From contig JAUZTB010000072.1 in assembly GCA_034780895.1 (NCBI GenBank), forward strand, positions 14,906,508-14,970,507: a DNA stretch of 64,000 nt. Direction: 5' to 3'. Position numbers and translations under genes: made by a program. How positions within the stretch are numbered: position 1 is the stretch's first letter; every line of letters starts with the position of its first letter. Source of the stretch: Rhynchobatus australiae. Lineage: Eukaryota. Under the pieces are notes generated by a model. It worked only from the letters and a program-made list of their open reading frames with translations, was not told the DNA's origin and made no database searches. Shown one piece after another: positions 1 to 11,269 of the stretch.

Positions 1-287
1 CATGCATTTAAGGTGAGAGGGGTTAAGTTCAAAGGAGATGTGCAGGGCAAATTTTTTACATAGAGAGTAGTAGGTGCCTGGAATGTGCTGCCAGTGGTGG
101 TGGTGGAGGTAAATACGATGTTCAAGTAGCTCTTGGATAGGCACATGAATGTGGAGAAAATGGAGGGATATGGACATTGTGTAGGCAGAAAGGATTAGTT
201 TAGTTGGGCATTTGACTACAATTTAATTAGTTTGGCACAACATCGAGGGCCAAAGTGCCTGTTCCTGTGCTGCACTGTTCTATGTTC
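1..287 (+). mobile_element. CR1-clade (HER1-like) LINE, 3' end fragment
   Basis: Decayed ORF2 C-terminus (HAFKVRG...FFT*RVVGAWNVLP...VVE) followed by the typical 3' tail (gggccaaagtgcctgttcctgtgctgcactgttctatgttc). The same sequence recurs near 28450, 45920 and 47160. Confidence 0.85.
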
Positions 288-639
288 CGTGGATTGTTCA
301 CAGGCTTGAGTCCTCGGAAGCAGATTAAAAATGAAGTTGTGATGATCACGAAGAAAAATCAGAAGGACTTATCCTTGCAATGGTTAATCAAGCCATTGAA
401 TAGGCAAGTTCATGACATTGAAATAGAAACTATTAATAGAAGCAGGATAATGTAGAATTCCCTGGGAAAATGATAAATCTGGCTATTTTTAGTAACCATT
501 CTTGGCATGTGAAATTATTTCTTGTTAACAAAATAAATTGAAAATTGATACTGTAAATTCAACACTCCACTGAGTGCCAATTTTCCTTCCTCCTTTCTCC
601 CATATTTTATATTTTCATATTCTTCATTTTTGGTTATGA

Positions 640-930
640 GACAGAGGCCATTCAGCCCAGCATATCAATGCCATCAGTCCCATTCGCCCACTTAATTTCC
701 TGAAACCTGTTCCCTTTCACAGATCCATCAACTACCTTTAAGTCACCAGCCATTCGCCTACACCAGCGGGATTATAGTGCTCAATTAATCTATGCAAGGA
801 AACTGGAGGACCCAGGGGAAATCCACACGGTTGCAGGGAGAATGTGCAGACTTCACACAGACAGCAAGAAGAAAACCCTGACTCCTGGAGCTGTGGGGCA
901 GCAGCACCAACTGTTGCATCACTGTGCTGG
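640..930 (-). mobile_element. HE1-like tRNA-derived V-SINE
   Basis: Reverse complement of the SINE at 20131-20482 (ggaaactggaggacccaggggaaatccacacggttgcagggagaatgtgcagacttcacacagacagc), with a CR1-like tail at ~640-720. Confidence 0.8.
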
Positions 931-2137
931 CTCCTTAAGGCCCTAAACTCTCATCAAGTGCAGGTTACAAGTCACCTTTGGATGCCACAGCCCAAAGGCT
1001 TCCCTTTCTGTGACAGCTTAGGCAATTTGAAATTCTACACTAATGTAAGTATCCTAAGAAGGCAAATGGAAACTGGCTGATGAGAGGTGAGATGATGTAA
1101 CAGTGAGCAATTCACAGCTGTGCCCATCATATCCTTGCCCAGCCCTTTCTGTACCTGATCCTGCCCTCAAAGCTCTATATTTTCCCTCAAAGATGTGCAA
1201 CACTGATAAGGAACAGAAATCTTGGGACATTGTTTCTGTTGGTCTTAAAAACACTTGCCTTGCTTCACTGTGTAGCAACCTTGAATGAGCCAGCTCCCTT
1301 TCGTGAGCTTTGCCATTTTATAATTCTTGCCAGTCACTGTACAGCCACCCATGGCACAAGCAATCTGCACTCCTGAAAATAAATGGAGCGCCATGGCAGC
1401 TCCTGAGTTATTTGCAAGGCAACATCTGTCATGTTGTGGGGCTGAATACAGTTATGACCAGGCTCATCTGTCAGTGAGGCTGCCGTTCTGCTCATACACT
1501 GACAGCTTTGTCCTTGTGTATCTTCCAGATCAAGTGCTCAACCCGATTCTCCCAGCAGACTGCCAAACATTGTTTAGAGAATTAGGCTGCTGCTGTCAGC
1601 AGATGCTCACGTCCACTCTCTGGTTCGATTAGAAGTGAAACTAAAATATTGAAATTAAATCAGTTAGATTCAGTTCGACTCCAGTACAAAGTAAATTTTC
1701 ATTAACAATCTAACATTCATGAGCTGGTTAATGAAAGGCCATTGTCAGGCAAGAGATCGATTATTAAAATGCAATAAGATTCAAAGGATAATCATCCTGC
1801 TGCATTCAGATAATAAATACAATTTTCCAACTGTATATTTATTCATGTACAAACTAAAGCCATTTATATGTAAATCTTCTAGCCCAGAGTCCAGATTCAG
1901 GTCAATTTTTCCCAATTGCTCTGTTGATTTCACTGTTGAATTTAGCTAGCAGAGCTCAGAGGTGTACTGCAGACTGCATTATGGCAACTGCCAGGGGTCT
2001 GTGTTCACACCTGTGTAATGATCTTGTGTGGTTTTGCATCACTTGCACGTTGGTGGATTGGAAGCTTGTGTGGCTGCTAAACATTCCTAGGTGATCCCAA
2101 GGATGAGCAGTTGTTGCTGATCTGTTGTCAGCAGTTC

Positions 2138-2340
2138 CCTACACACTAGGGGCAACTTACAGTGGCCAATAAACCTACCAACCCACATGTCCTTGGGATG
2201 TGGGAGGAAGCCAGATCACCAGGGGAAATCCCAGGTGGTCAAAGGGAAAATGTGCAAAGCACAAACAGCCAGCACTTGGAGGTCGGGATTGAACTTGGAT
2301 CTCTGGAGCCACGAGACAGCAGCTCTACCAGCTGTGCCAC
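2138..2340 (-). mobile_element. HE1-like V-SINE
   Basis: cctacacactaggggcaacttacagtggccaataaacctaccaaccc...gggattgaactt (reverse B box)...agctgtgccac (reverse A box). Confidence 0.85.
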
Positions 2341-3529
2341 TCATAAAAATGAGAATCAGAATTATAAAGATAAAGATGTTTACAGTTATCAAGGTTGCGC
2401 ATTATTGCTTTTCTATCATTTCTGATTCCACATGTTATATACCAGGTGGCTGAGTGAAATTCAATTCAGTCACTGGGACAATGTCCAGAACTGGGAATTG
2501 TTGGAGATAAAACCAGTCTTAAAAGGCAAGGAAAGTGAGGATGGGGCAAAGAACATGAAGAAGGTCTGTGATAGGGTGGAAGGCAGGAATGGTTTTATGA
2601 TGATAGTGTGGCCTTGACCTACTGAACGGAATTTTCCGTTTTATTTTAGATTTCCAGCACACACAGAATCTTGTTTTTGGAAAATCATTCTATCTTTGGT
2701 TAGTGTTGTGTGAAGAACAGAAGATTCATCATAAAGATTTAAAAAGGGAACTACCGGAATTAAAATAAAAATAGTCTGAACTAGTGAGTGGGCTGATGAT
2801 CACAACATCTACCTCCAGCATCTTTGGTCCATTGTTCATTAAGGAGGTTTGTCACTGCAGAATAAAACTCATTGCTACATGATTACGATGGAATTCCGTC
2901 AGCAAGGCTTCATGCTCCCACCTATGCAACGTTATTTCAAGAGTCACCAAAAGTTCCATCCTTGGGCACCTCATCTTCTTCATCAGCATGGAGTTTAAAG
3001 GAATTTTCAGTTGTTGACCTCTTTGCTGAATGTTCCTCAGATCTATGGTCTGGAATCACTTGAGAACAAGTTGATTACCGGGGAAATCGAACCCTTGGTT
3101 TACGCTGTTCTCTTTCACTCATTTTTGTGATCTGACCGTCTTGTACAGAGACACTTTTTATTGGATTTGACCTCATCTTCTATCAGTGAAAAGCAACTGT
3201 TACATCCCAAGGAGTCACCTGCTCATTCATTCGTCCANNNNNCCATTAGGTTGTAATATTGAATAAAAATTAAAAAATGTAGGTGAAACATAAAATTAAT
3301 TTCAGAAGGAGGTACTCAAGCAGCTGTTCTCCTTTTGTGTGTGTGTTTTTATAGCCATTATTAGGAGTAAATGAACCTTCAATTTTTCTCCTGGCTAGAC
3401 AATTTATTCCCTGCTGTATAGAAACAGATTAGTTGGGCAAGCCACAGCAGAAGAACTTGTTCAGTCTTGATCTGAGTGAATCATAGCTGTTGTCACCTGC
3501 TCTATAAATAACATTGAAGTGAATACACT

Positions 3530-4250
3530 AAAGATGTGCATTTATAAAACATCTTTCACAATCTCAAGACATTTTAAAATGTATTATCAGTTAAGTTCTT
3601 CTGAACTGTCGTCACCAATGTGTCAATACTGACATCAGACACTCAAAACAAGCACTCCACTCCAAGTTCCACAAGAAATTTCAAGTAGGGTACGGAAAAA
3701 GTTCAAGGATGTTCTCAAAGACTTAGTTTTTAAAAAAGTATCCTAACCCACTCATGGAACCTCTGGCCCATTACTGTTCAAAATGGAGAACGAGTGTTTG
3801 AGAAAGCACGGAGTGCCTGAGCCTGAGGCAGAGGCTGTGAGCAAATAGTGAAAGGATCAGTGGACATCCCTAACAATATCACCCATGCACCCCTTCAAGC
3901 ACCACTTGGGGAAGAGTTTGCAGATCCTTCAATGGACTTCTTTGGGCACCTCAGATAGGAGTAGAAGCAAGTCATCCTCGGACCTGAGGAATTACCTAAT
4001 GTTGTAATGCACAAAACAATTTGCGCACTGCAAACTCCAACAAACAGAAAGGAAATAAATCATCACCAAATCATGTTTTATGTATAGGTACCCTGAATAA
4101 AACATTGGTCAAGGTTGAGAGGACTCCTTTCAATACTGACAAGGGATATTGTATTTCCACTTTGTAACATGGTTGAATATGCCTTTAAGAACTTTTAATA
4201 CATTAGTGTAATAGCCACTGATTTTCGTTGCTATCAATCTTTAACTGAGA
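3530..4250 (-). mobile_element. SacSINE1/DeuSINE-like SINE interrupted by an RTE insertion
   Basis: 3530-3620 and 4000-4250 join into the sequence seen intact at 23625-24032 (gtcac|tgttgtaatg...aatttgcgcactgcaaactccaacaaacag). Confidence 0.6.
3625..3998 (+). mobile_element. RTE-clade LINE 3' end
   Basis: Decayed RKKFKDVLK...SWxxLAHxxSKWR motif and 3' end ggagtagaagcaagtcatcctcg. Homologous to 31350-31690. Confidence 0.7.
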
Positions 4251-4302
4251 AAGCAAGAGTAAATATAGTTCAAGACGGAATTAAGGTGATTTCACCATAA
4301 CC

Positions 4303-5385
4303 CCTGGGCCTCTGTACCTCCCTCTACAACTGGATCCTCCACTTCCTCATTGGCAGACCTTGGTCAGTGAGGATTGGTAACAACATCTCTTCCTCACTGA
4401 CCACCAATGCAGGTGCACCTCAAGGCTGCATGCTTAGCCCCCTGCTCTACTCCCTATACATATATGACTGTGTGGCTAAGCAGAGCACCAATACCATAAA
4501 CAAATTCACCAGTGACACCACTGTTGTGGTGATGATGTGTCAGCGTCCAGGAGTGAGATAGGAAACCTGGTTGAGTGGTGCAGCAACAACAACCTCTCAT
4601 GCAATGTCAGTAAAACTAAAGAACTGATTATCGACTTCAGGAAGGGGAAGGAGGGTGAACATGCATCAGTCTACATTGGTGGATCGGCAGTGGAGAGGGT
4701 CAGCGGCTTTAAATACCTGGGTGTTAACATATTGGANNNNNNNNNNNNNNNNNAAGGAAGGCACACCGGCATCTTTACTTTTTTTGGTAGGTTCAGGAGG
4801 TTTGGCATGTCACCAAACACTCTAACAAATTTCTACAGATGTACTGTTGAAAGTATCCTGACTGGTTGCATCATGGTCTGATATGGTGATTTGAATGTGC
4901 AGGAATGTGAGAAGCTTTAGAGAATAATGGACTCTGTCTAATTCATCACAGGCACATCCCTTCCCACCATCAGAAGTACCTACATAAGGTGCTGCCTCAA
5001 GAAGGCAACATCTATCATCAAAGATACCCACATTCTAGGCCATGCCATCTTTTTGCAGCTACCATCGGGCAGGAGGTACAGAAGCCTGAAATCCTACACC
5101 ACCGAGGTAAAAGAACAGCTACTTCCCTTCAACCATTCAGTTCTTGAACCAACCTGCACAATCCTAATCACTACCTCAGTGTAGTAACACTATGACCACA
5201 TTGCACTACGATGGACTTCTTTTTTGTTCTAATCATGTTCTTTCTTGGATAACTTACGTTTAATTTATGTTTTTCTTGTGAATGTTGTGTATCTGATGTT
5301 ATGTGCCTGCGATGCTGCTGCATGTAAGTTTTTCATTGCACCTGTGCATCCATGTACTTGTGCATTTGACAATAAACTTGACTTT
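4303..5385 (+). mobile_element. Rex1/Babar-clade LINE, 5'-truncated, decayed RT and 3' UTR
   Basis: LGLxTSLxNWILxFL, [24 protein letters not shown] (degenerate FADD), WCSNNNLSCNVSKTKELIIDFRK and FYRCTVESILTGCI are RT-region motifs. Ends with aataaacttgactt. Confidence 0.9.
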
Positions 5386-7086
5386 CGACTGACCTTTTTG
5401 CACTGCATGCATCGGTTCAATTTCTGTCCTACCTCTGCCAGGATAGGTCTTGTGTTGTGTTTGGCTCCTTAGCTCATGCATTAGACCAGGCTCACACTCT
5501 TCTTCATGAAGCCAGATGTGGTGCTCAAGGTGTGTGCAGCAATGCACGTATACCATTGTAGATGGAGTTTGCCAACAGCTCTCTGAAAAGGCATGTAAGG
5601 ACTAGTCCAACAAGCAAGCTAAGCAGGAGGTAAGTCAGCAGTTAGGCCAGCACAAGCCCAGCTTCTGATTTACCTGTTGCTGGCCAGAATCAGCAATGAA
5701 AGATTGAACTAAGGACCATGGTGAAATTACCCAGCTTTAAATGGAGAGGTAGCAATCCCAGAAGTGTGGTTGTAGAGGGCATTGACAATATTGACAGGAA
5801 GTATAGCTTCCAAGACATTAATGAGATACTAACAGCATGTTTTGAAAGCCAACGGTTCACAATGCCAACTGTTTGAGTGACTGCAAGCAAGATCTGTGCA
5901 TGTGTTTACTGCAAGGAAGCAAATAAACCAGATGTTGAACACAGCAGCGAGTTACTTGGGCAGAAGTTGCCCATTACTGAAGTGTCTGTGGAGGCACCAG
6001 GATGCAGAAAGACGATTTTCCAGAGCAGGCTGAATTCAGAGTTTCACTTCAAGAGTAATGCAGCATTGGCAGAACAATGGCAATATCTGTAGTCCTTAAT
6101 GGCAAGTGGTACAGAGGGAGGGTCTGTGATCTGTTTAGATAGTAGAAGACTACTGGCAATTCAGGACACAGGATTTGGGATCCACAACGATCCACGGGTA
6201 GGATGGAAGACAAGAAGCTTGGCACAGACATTATGACAGGGTTAGTTAAATTAAGGTCATACGTTGAAATGGGTGAGACCACATGAGAACTGGAAAATAG
6301 TTTCATGTCTACTGGTTTTCTGTTGTTTGCAGAGTCACTGAATGGGATGAATTAAGTTTGGATTGAGCTGACTGCCTTCAGGGAGACAATTCAAGAATTC
6401 AGACGATCTCAGTTTAATGCTACACCAAGTCTGGGCTTCACTAAATTTTACATAGTTTTCAATAAATCACTAAATTGAACAATGTAAGTTTTAATGTTAC
6501 TGTTAAGCTTAATGTTACTGTTGATGTATAGGAAAGATGTTATACAATGTATTGACTGTTAAGTATAACTAAGGTAACAATTGTAGTACAGGATGTGAGT
6601 TTAGATATTTATGAAGGTTATTTGGAGAAATGATCTTTCAGAATTATCATAACTGGGAATAGATATGAAGAAGAGTTTTAGCTTGTAGGGTAGAATTTGT
6701 AGGAGAGAGGATTAAAGGAATAAACTGATATGTAAATTGTTACCTGCTAATAATAACATATAGATGTTTGGTGGTTTGCATGGGTTTGTTATTTTTCAAG
6801 GAGGAGTATACATATAAATGTGTATGTACCTTTAAGGATTGTGTGTACTATGAGATATGATGTTTCATATATGTTGAAGACCTTTAATGAAGGTGTTTGA
6901 TTGGTAGCTCTATCCATATCAATTGCGTTAATGAACAGCAGCACAAACAAACCAAAGGGCACAACACTCTTGATTTAGAGGCCAGGACTTGATTTAAAGT
7001 CTCATCCAAAATACTGGCACCTCCAACAATGCATAACTTTCTGACTCAGAAGTTAGAGTATTAGCATCATTTCAAGACTGTCAACT

Positions 7087-7137
7087 ATATATACTGTATA
7101 TATATATATATATATAGACACACACACACATATATAT
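7087..7137. repeat. (TA)n/(CA)n compound microsatellite
   Basis: tatatatatatatatatagacacacacacacatatata. Confidence 0.9.
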
Positions 7138-8837
7138 CTCCAGTTCCAAACTAGCGCACAATTAACCAGTCAACCATTCAGAAATAAAATAAAGCATCAA
7201 AGAAAATTGTAGCAATTCAATAAAACGTACCACCTTGGGGCAGTGAAATCCTTGTATGCAATTAATGCTGGGAATGAAATAAAAATTATATATCTGAAAT
7301 AAATGTGTATCGCAACACCTGCATCTTATTCAGATACTAGGAGGTGACTTGATCGTAGCGCCAATGCTGATTTGGACAGTTGCAGGGGCTGTGCTCAGCT
7401 CTAAGTTCCATCCTCCAGTCAAGGATACACTGAAGAAAATTCTGCATGTTCAAAATTGTATCTCCTGTTTACATATAAAACGATAATACTGTGCACATTA
7501 ATGGTCTTGCCACCACCCCTTTTTCAGTCTAATAGTAGCTTACGGAATATTTCTTGTGAACAGCATCACTATTGTTGCTCTCTTATAATACAGTAGTCCT
7601 TCTGCAAAATCTGGCAAAATATAAAGGCTTACTCATTCTCTGTGAAGGCCCTTAATAAAAGAAGTACAGATCTCAAGATAGTAAATAACCACACTCTTAT
7701 TCATCATAGGTTTGTCACGATGTTTGATCATGCATTTAATATCAAAACTTATGACTCAGGAGTTGTGATTATATCAGATTGTGGCTCCTTACTCCAAGTT
7801 CAAATTATATTTGATTGTTAATAACCAGGGGTTTTGCAGAGAAATCAAGGTGACCAGAGGAACTAGTTTCACTGTAACAAGTTATTGAGCTGGATTTCTG
7901 TATGGATAGACTTTTAAATACCAAATATCTTTAAAGTTTTTCTTTATGTTTATAAATGATTCTTGAATGTGCATGGTTGCCAATTTTAAGATTGTGAAGT
8001 GATTGCACAAACAATTTGATGTTTTCTATAAGTTATATTGTAAGAATCTGTAAATTAAGGAGCAGTGGCAATGTATTTCATTCATATTTTATAGAATCTA
8101 GGGTTGGATTGTGTACTTAATGCATTGATTAAAATACAAGGCAATAAAACTGGCTCATTTTGAATTAAGATCCTATCGAATTCAAGGGATCACCAAACAC
8201 CAAAGAGAATGTGAATGAATAATGTGCTGCGTTTTGTACACTATATTCAAAATATTCCATTGTAACTCTTCTGCAGCCTTTGGAACCAATCTGAGCTAAC
8301 GATACTGTTACCACTAGTGATTATACTAAAGTGCAGTTTGAAAGCTCTAACTACATAATGGCATTTTAAAAATATACAAACTCTTTAAGTATGAAGTAGC
8401 ACAACAGCTAAATCCTAGCAACAGTAGCGGAGCTTGCTCAAGTGAGTAAGCTATTTGCTGGTAATACCTAGTCATTAGAAATATCTATCGTGGCAAAAAA
8501 AAGCAGTTAAATAAAACTTGCGCAATATTATTCAGAGTGAAATGTGCACGTTAGTATTTTTTTCTTTTTGAAAAAGTCAGTATTCAACATATTTGAGGGA
8601 AATTTTCCCAAATAGTCATCTTATTTGCTTATTATTTGGTTAAATTATTAATAACATACTAATAATTTTCAACCTCTAACTGTATAAATCTATCAGTGCC
8701 CATTATCTGGTACAAATGCAGGATAGGGAAGATAGAANNNNNNNNNNNNNNNNNNNNNNNNNNNNNNNNNNNNNNNNNNNNNNNNNNNNNNNNNNNNNNN
8801 NNNNNNNNNNNNNNNNNNNNNNNNNNNNNNNNNNNNN

Positions 8838-9320
8838 GGCAGGAGGTACAGGAGCCTGAAGACCCACACCTCAAGGTTCAACAACAGCTTCTTCCCCACT
8901 GCCATCAGGTTCTTAAACCGACCTGGAAAACCCTAACACTACCTCAGACTATATTTCCCTCATTTGCACTAATGTCATTGTTTATGTTTGTTTATTTTGT
9001 CGTGTGAATTATGTATAATTTATGTTAATTTGAGTTTATGTAATTTATGTTTGTAATGTATGGCGCTACTGCCGCAAAAAGCTAGCTTTCAAGGCATTTA
9101 TACCCTGGGAACATATGCCCATGACAATAAACTTGAAGCTTGAGATACATTAGCAGAGTAACTAAAAGGAAAGTAGTAGTGGTGACAGTGTAAGTCAGCT
9201 GGTTGAGTGGTGCTGTAACAACAACCTTGCACTCAATATCAGCAAAACCAAGGAACTGATTGTGAACTTTAGGAAGGGGAAACTCAATGTGCACTAGCAC
9301 CAATCTTCATTGAAGGGTCT
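8838..9320 (+). mobile_element. Rex1-like LINE fragments (3' end 8838-9138; internal RT piece 9168-9320)
   Basis: ggcaggaggtacaggagcctgaagacccacacc...aataaacttgaa matches 5068-5385. WCCNNNLALNISKTKELIVNFRKG matches 4570-4650. Confidence 0.8.
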
Positions 9321-9342
9321 GTCATCAGGCAAGATGAGTTTG

Positions 9343-9570
9343 TATTGGTATTGGTATTGGTTTATTATTGTCGCTTGTACCGAAAAACTTGGTACAGTGA
9401 AAAACTTGACTTGCGTACCGATTGTACAGGTCAATTCATTACACAGTGCAGTTACATTGAGTTAGTACAGAGTCCATCTACGTTGAGTCCATTGATGTCG
9501 TAGAGGTAAAAAACATTACAGTATAAAGTGTCATAGCTACAGAGAAAGTGCAGTGCAATAAGGTGCATGG
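9343..9570 (-). mobile_element. LINE 3' tail (Rex1-like) with (ATACCA)n terminal microsatellite
   Basis: gtattggtattggtattggtttattattgtc is a reversed AATAAA plus short tandem tail. It parallels the reverse of the Rex1 3' UTR at 5300-5385. Confidence 0.65.
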
Positions 9571-9699
9571 TACATGCAGATTAGCTAGGTAAGGTACATG
9601 GATTTACATTTGATGTAAATCTATATCAGGCGAGATTAGTTTGTAAATAATGCTTTGGATAGTCAGAGAACCGACCTTCTTTTGCTGCCCCACTCAACA

Positions 9700-10326
9700 T
9701 GGAAGCCAAACAGACGTACCACTCTACATCATTTCCGCCTGCGGTGCCGAGGCGGAAGTGCGCACTTGGATTATCGGTTCGGACCATCCTGTGGGGAGCC
9801 GGAAGTGGGTGGGCGTGGGCCGCCATTTTGTTTGACCGGGCTCCGGTCGCGCGGAAGCCGCTTCCGGTTGTTTTATTTTCCCTTTTCTGTGGCGGCGGCG
9901 GGCGGAGGAGATGCCCCAGCACCCGCTGCGAGTGGCCGTCGTGTGTTCGAGTAACCAGAACCGGAGCATGGAGGCGCACAGTATCCTCAGGTAACCAGCG
10001 CCGCTAGCCCCGGCCTGCAGAGCTGGCCCCGGGGCCCTGCCTGCACCTCATGTCACCCGCCCCGCTCCACCCTACCCCACCCCGTGTCCCCGGGGCCTGG
10101 TGCCCGACCCGGGGGCGGTTAATCCCGCTCGGCCTGGGGCCTCTCCAAAGTTCAGCTCGCTGTCTCCGGCCTACCGCCATGCGGGGGTCTGGTCTCGCCG
10201 GTAGGCCGTCCCTTCCGAGGGTCGATGGCAGGCGGCGGCCTGCTCTGAGCGCCGGTTCTCCCTCTCCCGTCGTGTTCCGTAGCCGTTTTCCTCTGCTTCC
10301 TGCGGGTCTGACTCTTCTAATCCGGC
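9700..10326 (+). promoter_or_regulatory. SSU72: CpG island / TATA-less housekeeping promoter of SSU72
   Basis: Abrupt CpG- and GC-rich block in an otherwise CpG-depleted window. ETS/GABPA sites (GCGGAAGTG 9752-9760, CCGGAAGTG 9799-9807, CTTCCGG 9861-9867), GC box GGGCGTGG 9811-9818 and an exact YY1 consensus GCCGCCATTTTG 9819-9830. The island continues into the N gap at 10327. Confidence 0.9.
9911..9990 (+). CDS. SSU72: SSU72 RNA polymerase II CTD phosphatase, coding exon 1
   Basis: Translates MPQHPLRVAVVCSSNQNRSMEAHSIL(S), the SSU72 N-terminus with the catalytic CX5R loop (C12...R18). 80 nt, ending at donor AG|GTAACC. Confidence 0.97.
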
Positions 10327-11269
10327 NNNNNNNNNNNNNNNNNNNNNNNNNNNNNNNNNNNNNNNNNNNNNNNNNNNNNNNNNNNNNNNNNNNNNNNNNN
10401 NNNNNNNNNNNNNNNNNNNNNNNNNNNNNNNNNNNNNNNNNNNNNNNNNNNNNNNNNNNNNNNNNNNNNNNNNNNNNNNNNNNNNNNNNNNNNNNNNNNN
10501 NNNNNNNNNNNNNNNNNNNNNNNNNNNNNNNNNNNNNNNNNNNNNNNNNNNNNNNNNNNNNNNNNNNNNNNNNNNNNNNNNNNNNNNNNNNNNNNNNNNN
10601 NNNNNNNNNNNNNNNNNNNNNNNNNNNNNNNNNNNNNNNNNNNNCCTGGCCCATTTATCCTGGTGTTTCTCTAATTTTCTTTCCTATCTTCTGATTTCAG
10701 TTCATCGTGTCTCGCAGCTTCACCTGCTGCTGATCATATTTCACTTAAAATGCTGAAAATCTAAATTCTCATCCTGGACCCTCTTCTAGCTAATGTAAAG
10801 CATTTTTTTGTACCAGTTGTTTTTCCTTTCAGATTTGTTGTTATTTTCCTCAACAGAGGTTACATTGATCTTTATTTATTGTACACTGTTACTATAATTC
10901 CACCTTTCCTTGAACATGTTTCCCTGCAGTATGTTCTCATTTTGCCACTTAAGCACCTACCTATCTGATTAGAATTCTGCTGTTTTGAGTGGATTAATCA
11001 CAATCAAAGATGACTTCCTAAGTAGCTGACATGTGAACCTTCCCTTTTTGATTTGTCTATAACCAGTGGCACGGTTGTTGGAACATTTTCCAGCTCCCCA
11101 AGTTATCCTGTTGAGTGGGTCTGCACTCTCCTGTTCCATTTTTGTCTATCTAGTCATGATTGAAGAATCTCTAATTTGTTCCTATTCCTGCACTGTTATT
11201 TCTGGGGTCCTACATAGCCTCATCAACCGAAATGCACAGGTCTCAAAATGCACAGGTCTCAAATGCATT

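Noticed and set aside
9626-10694. Several overlapping 60-216 aa ORFs on both strands across the CpG island
   Set aside because: Stop-poor by-products of GC-rich sequence and N runs; the real coding frame is the 80-nt SSU72 exon 1.
11230-11265. 16-bp tandem duplications (also 26805-26837, 6491-6522, 32135-32158)
   Set aside because: Two-copy slippage duplications without spacers; not CRISPR-like and no sign of function.
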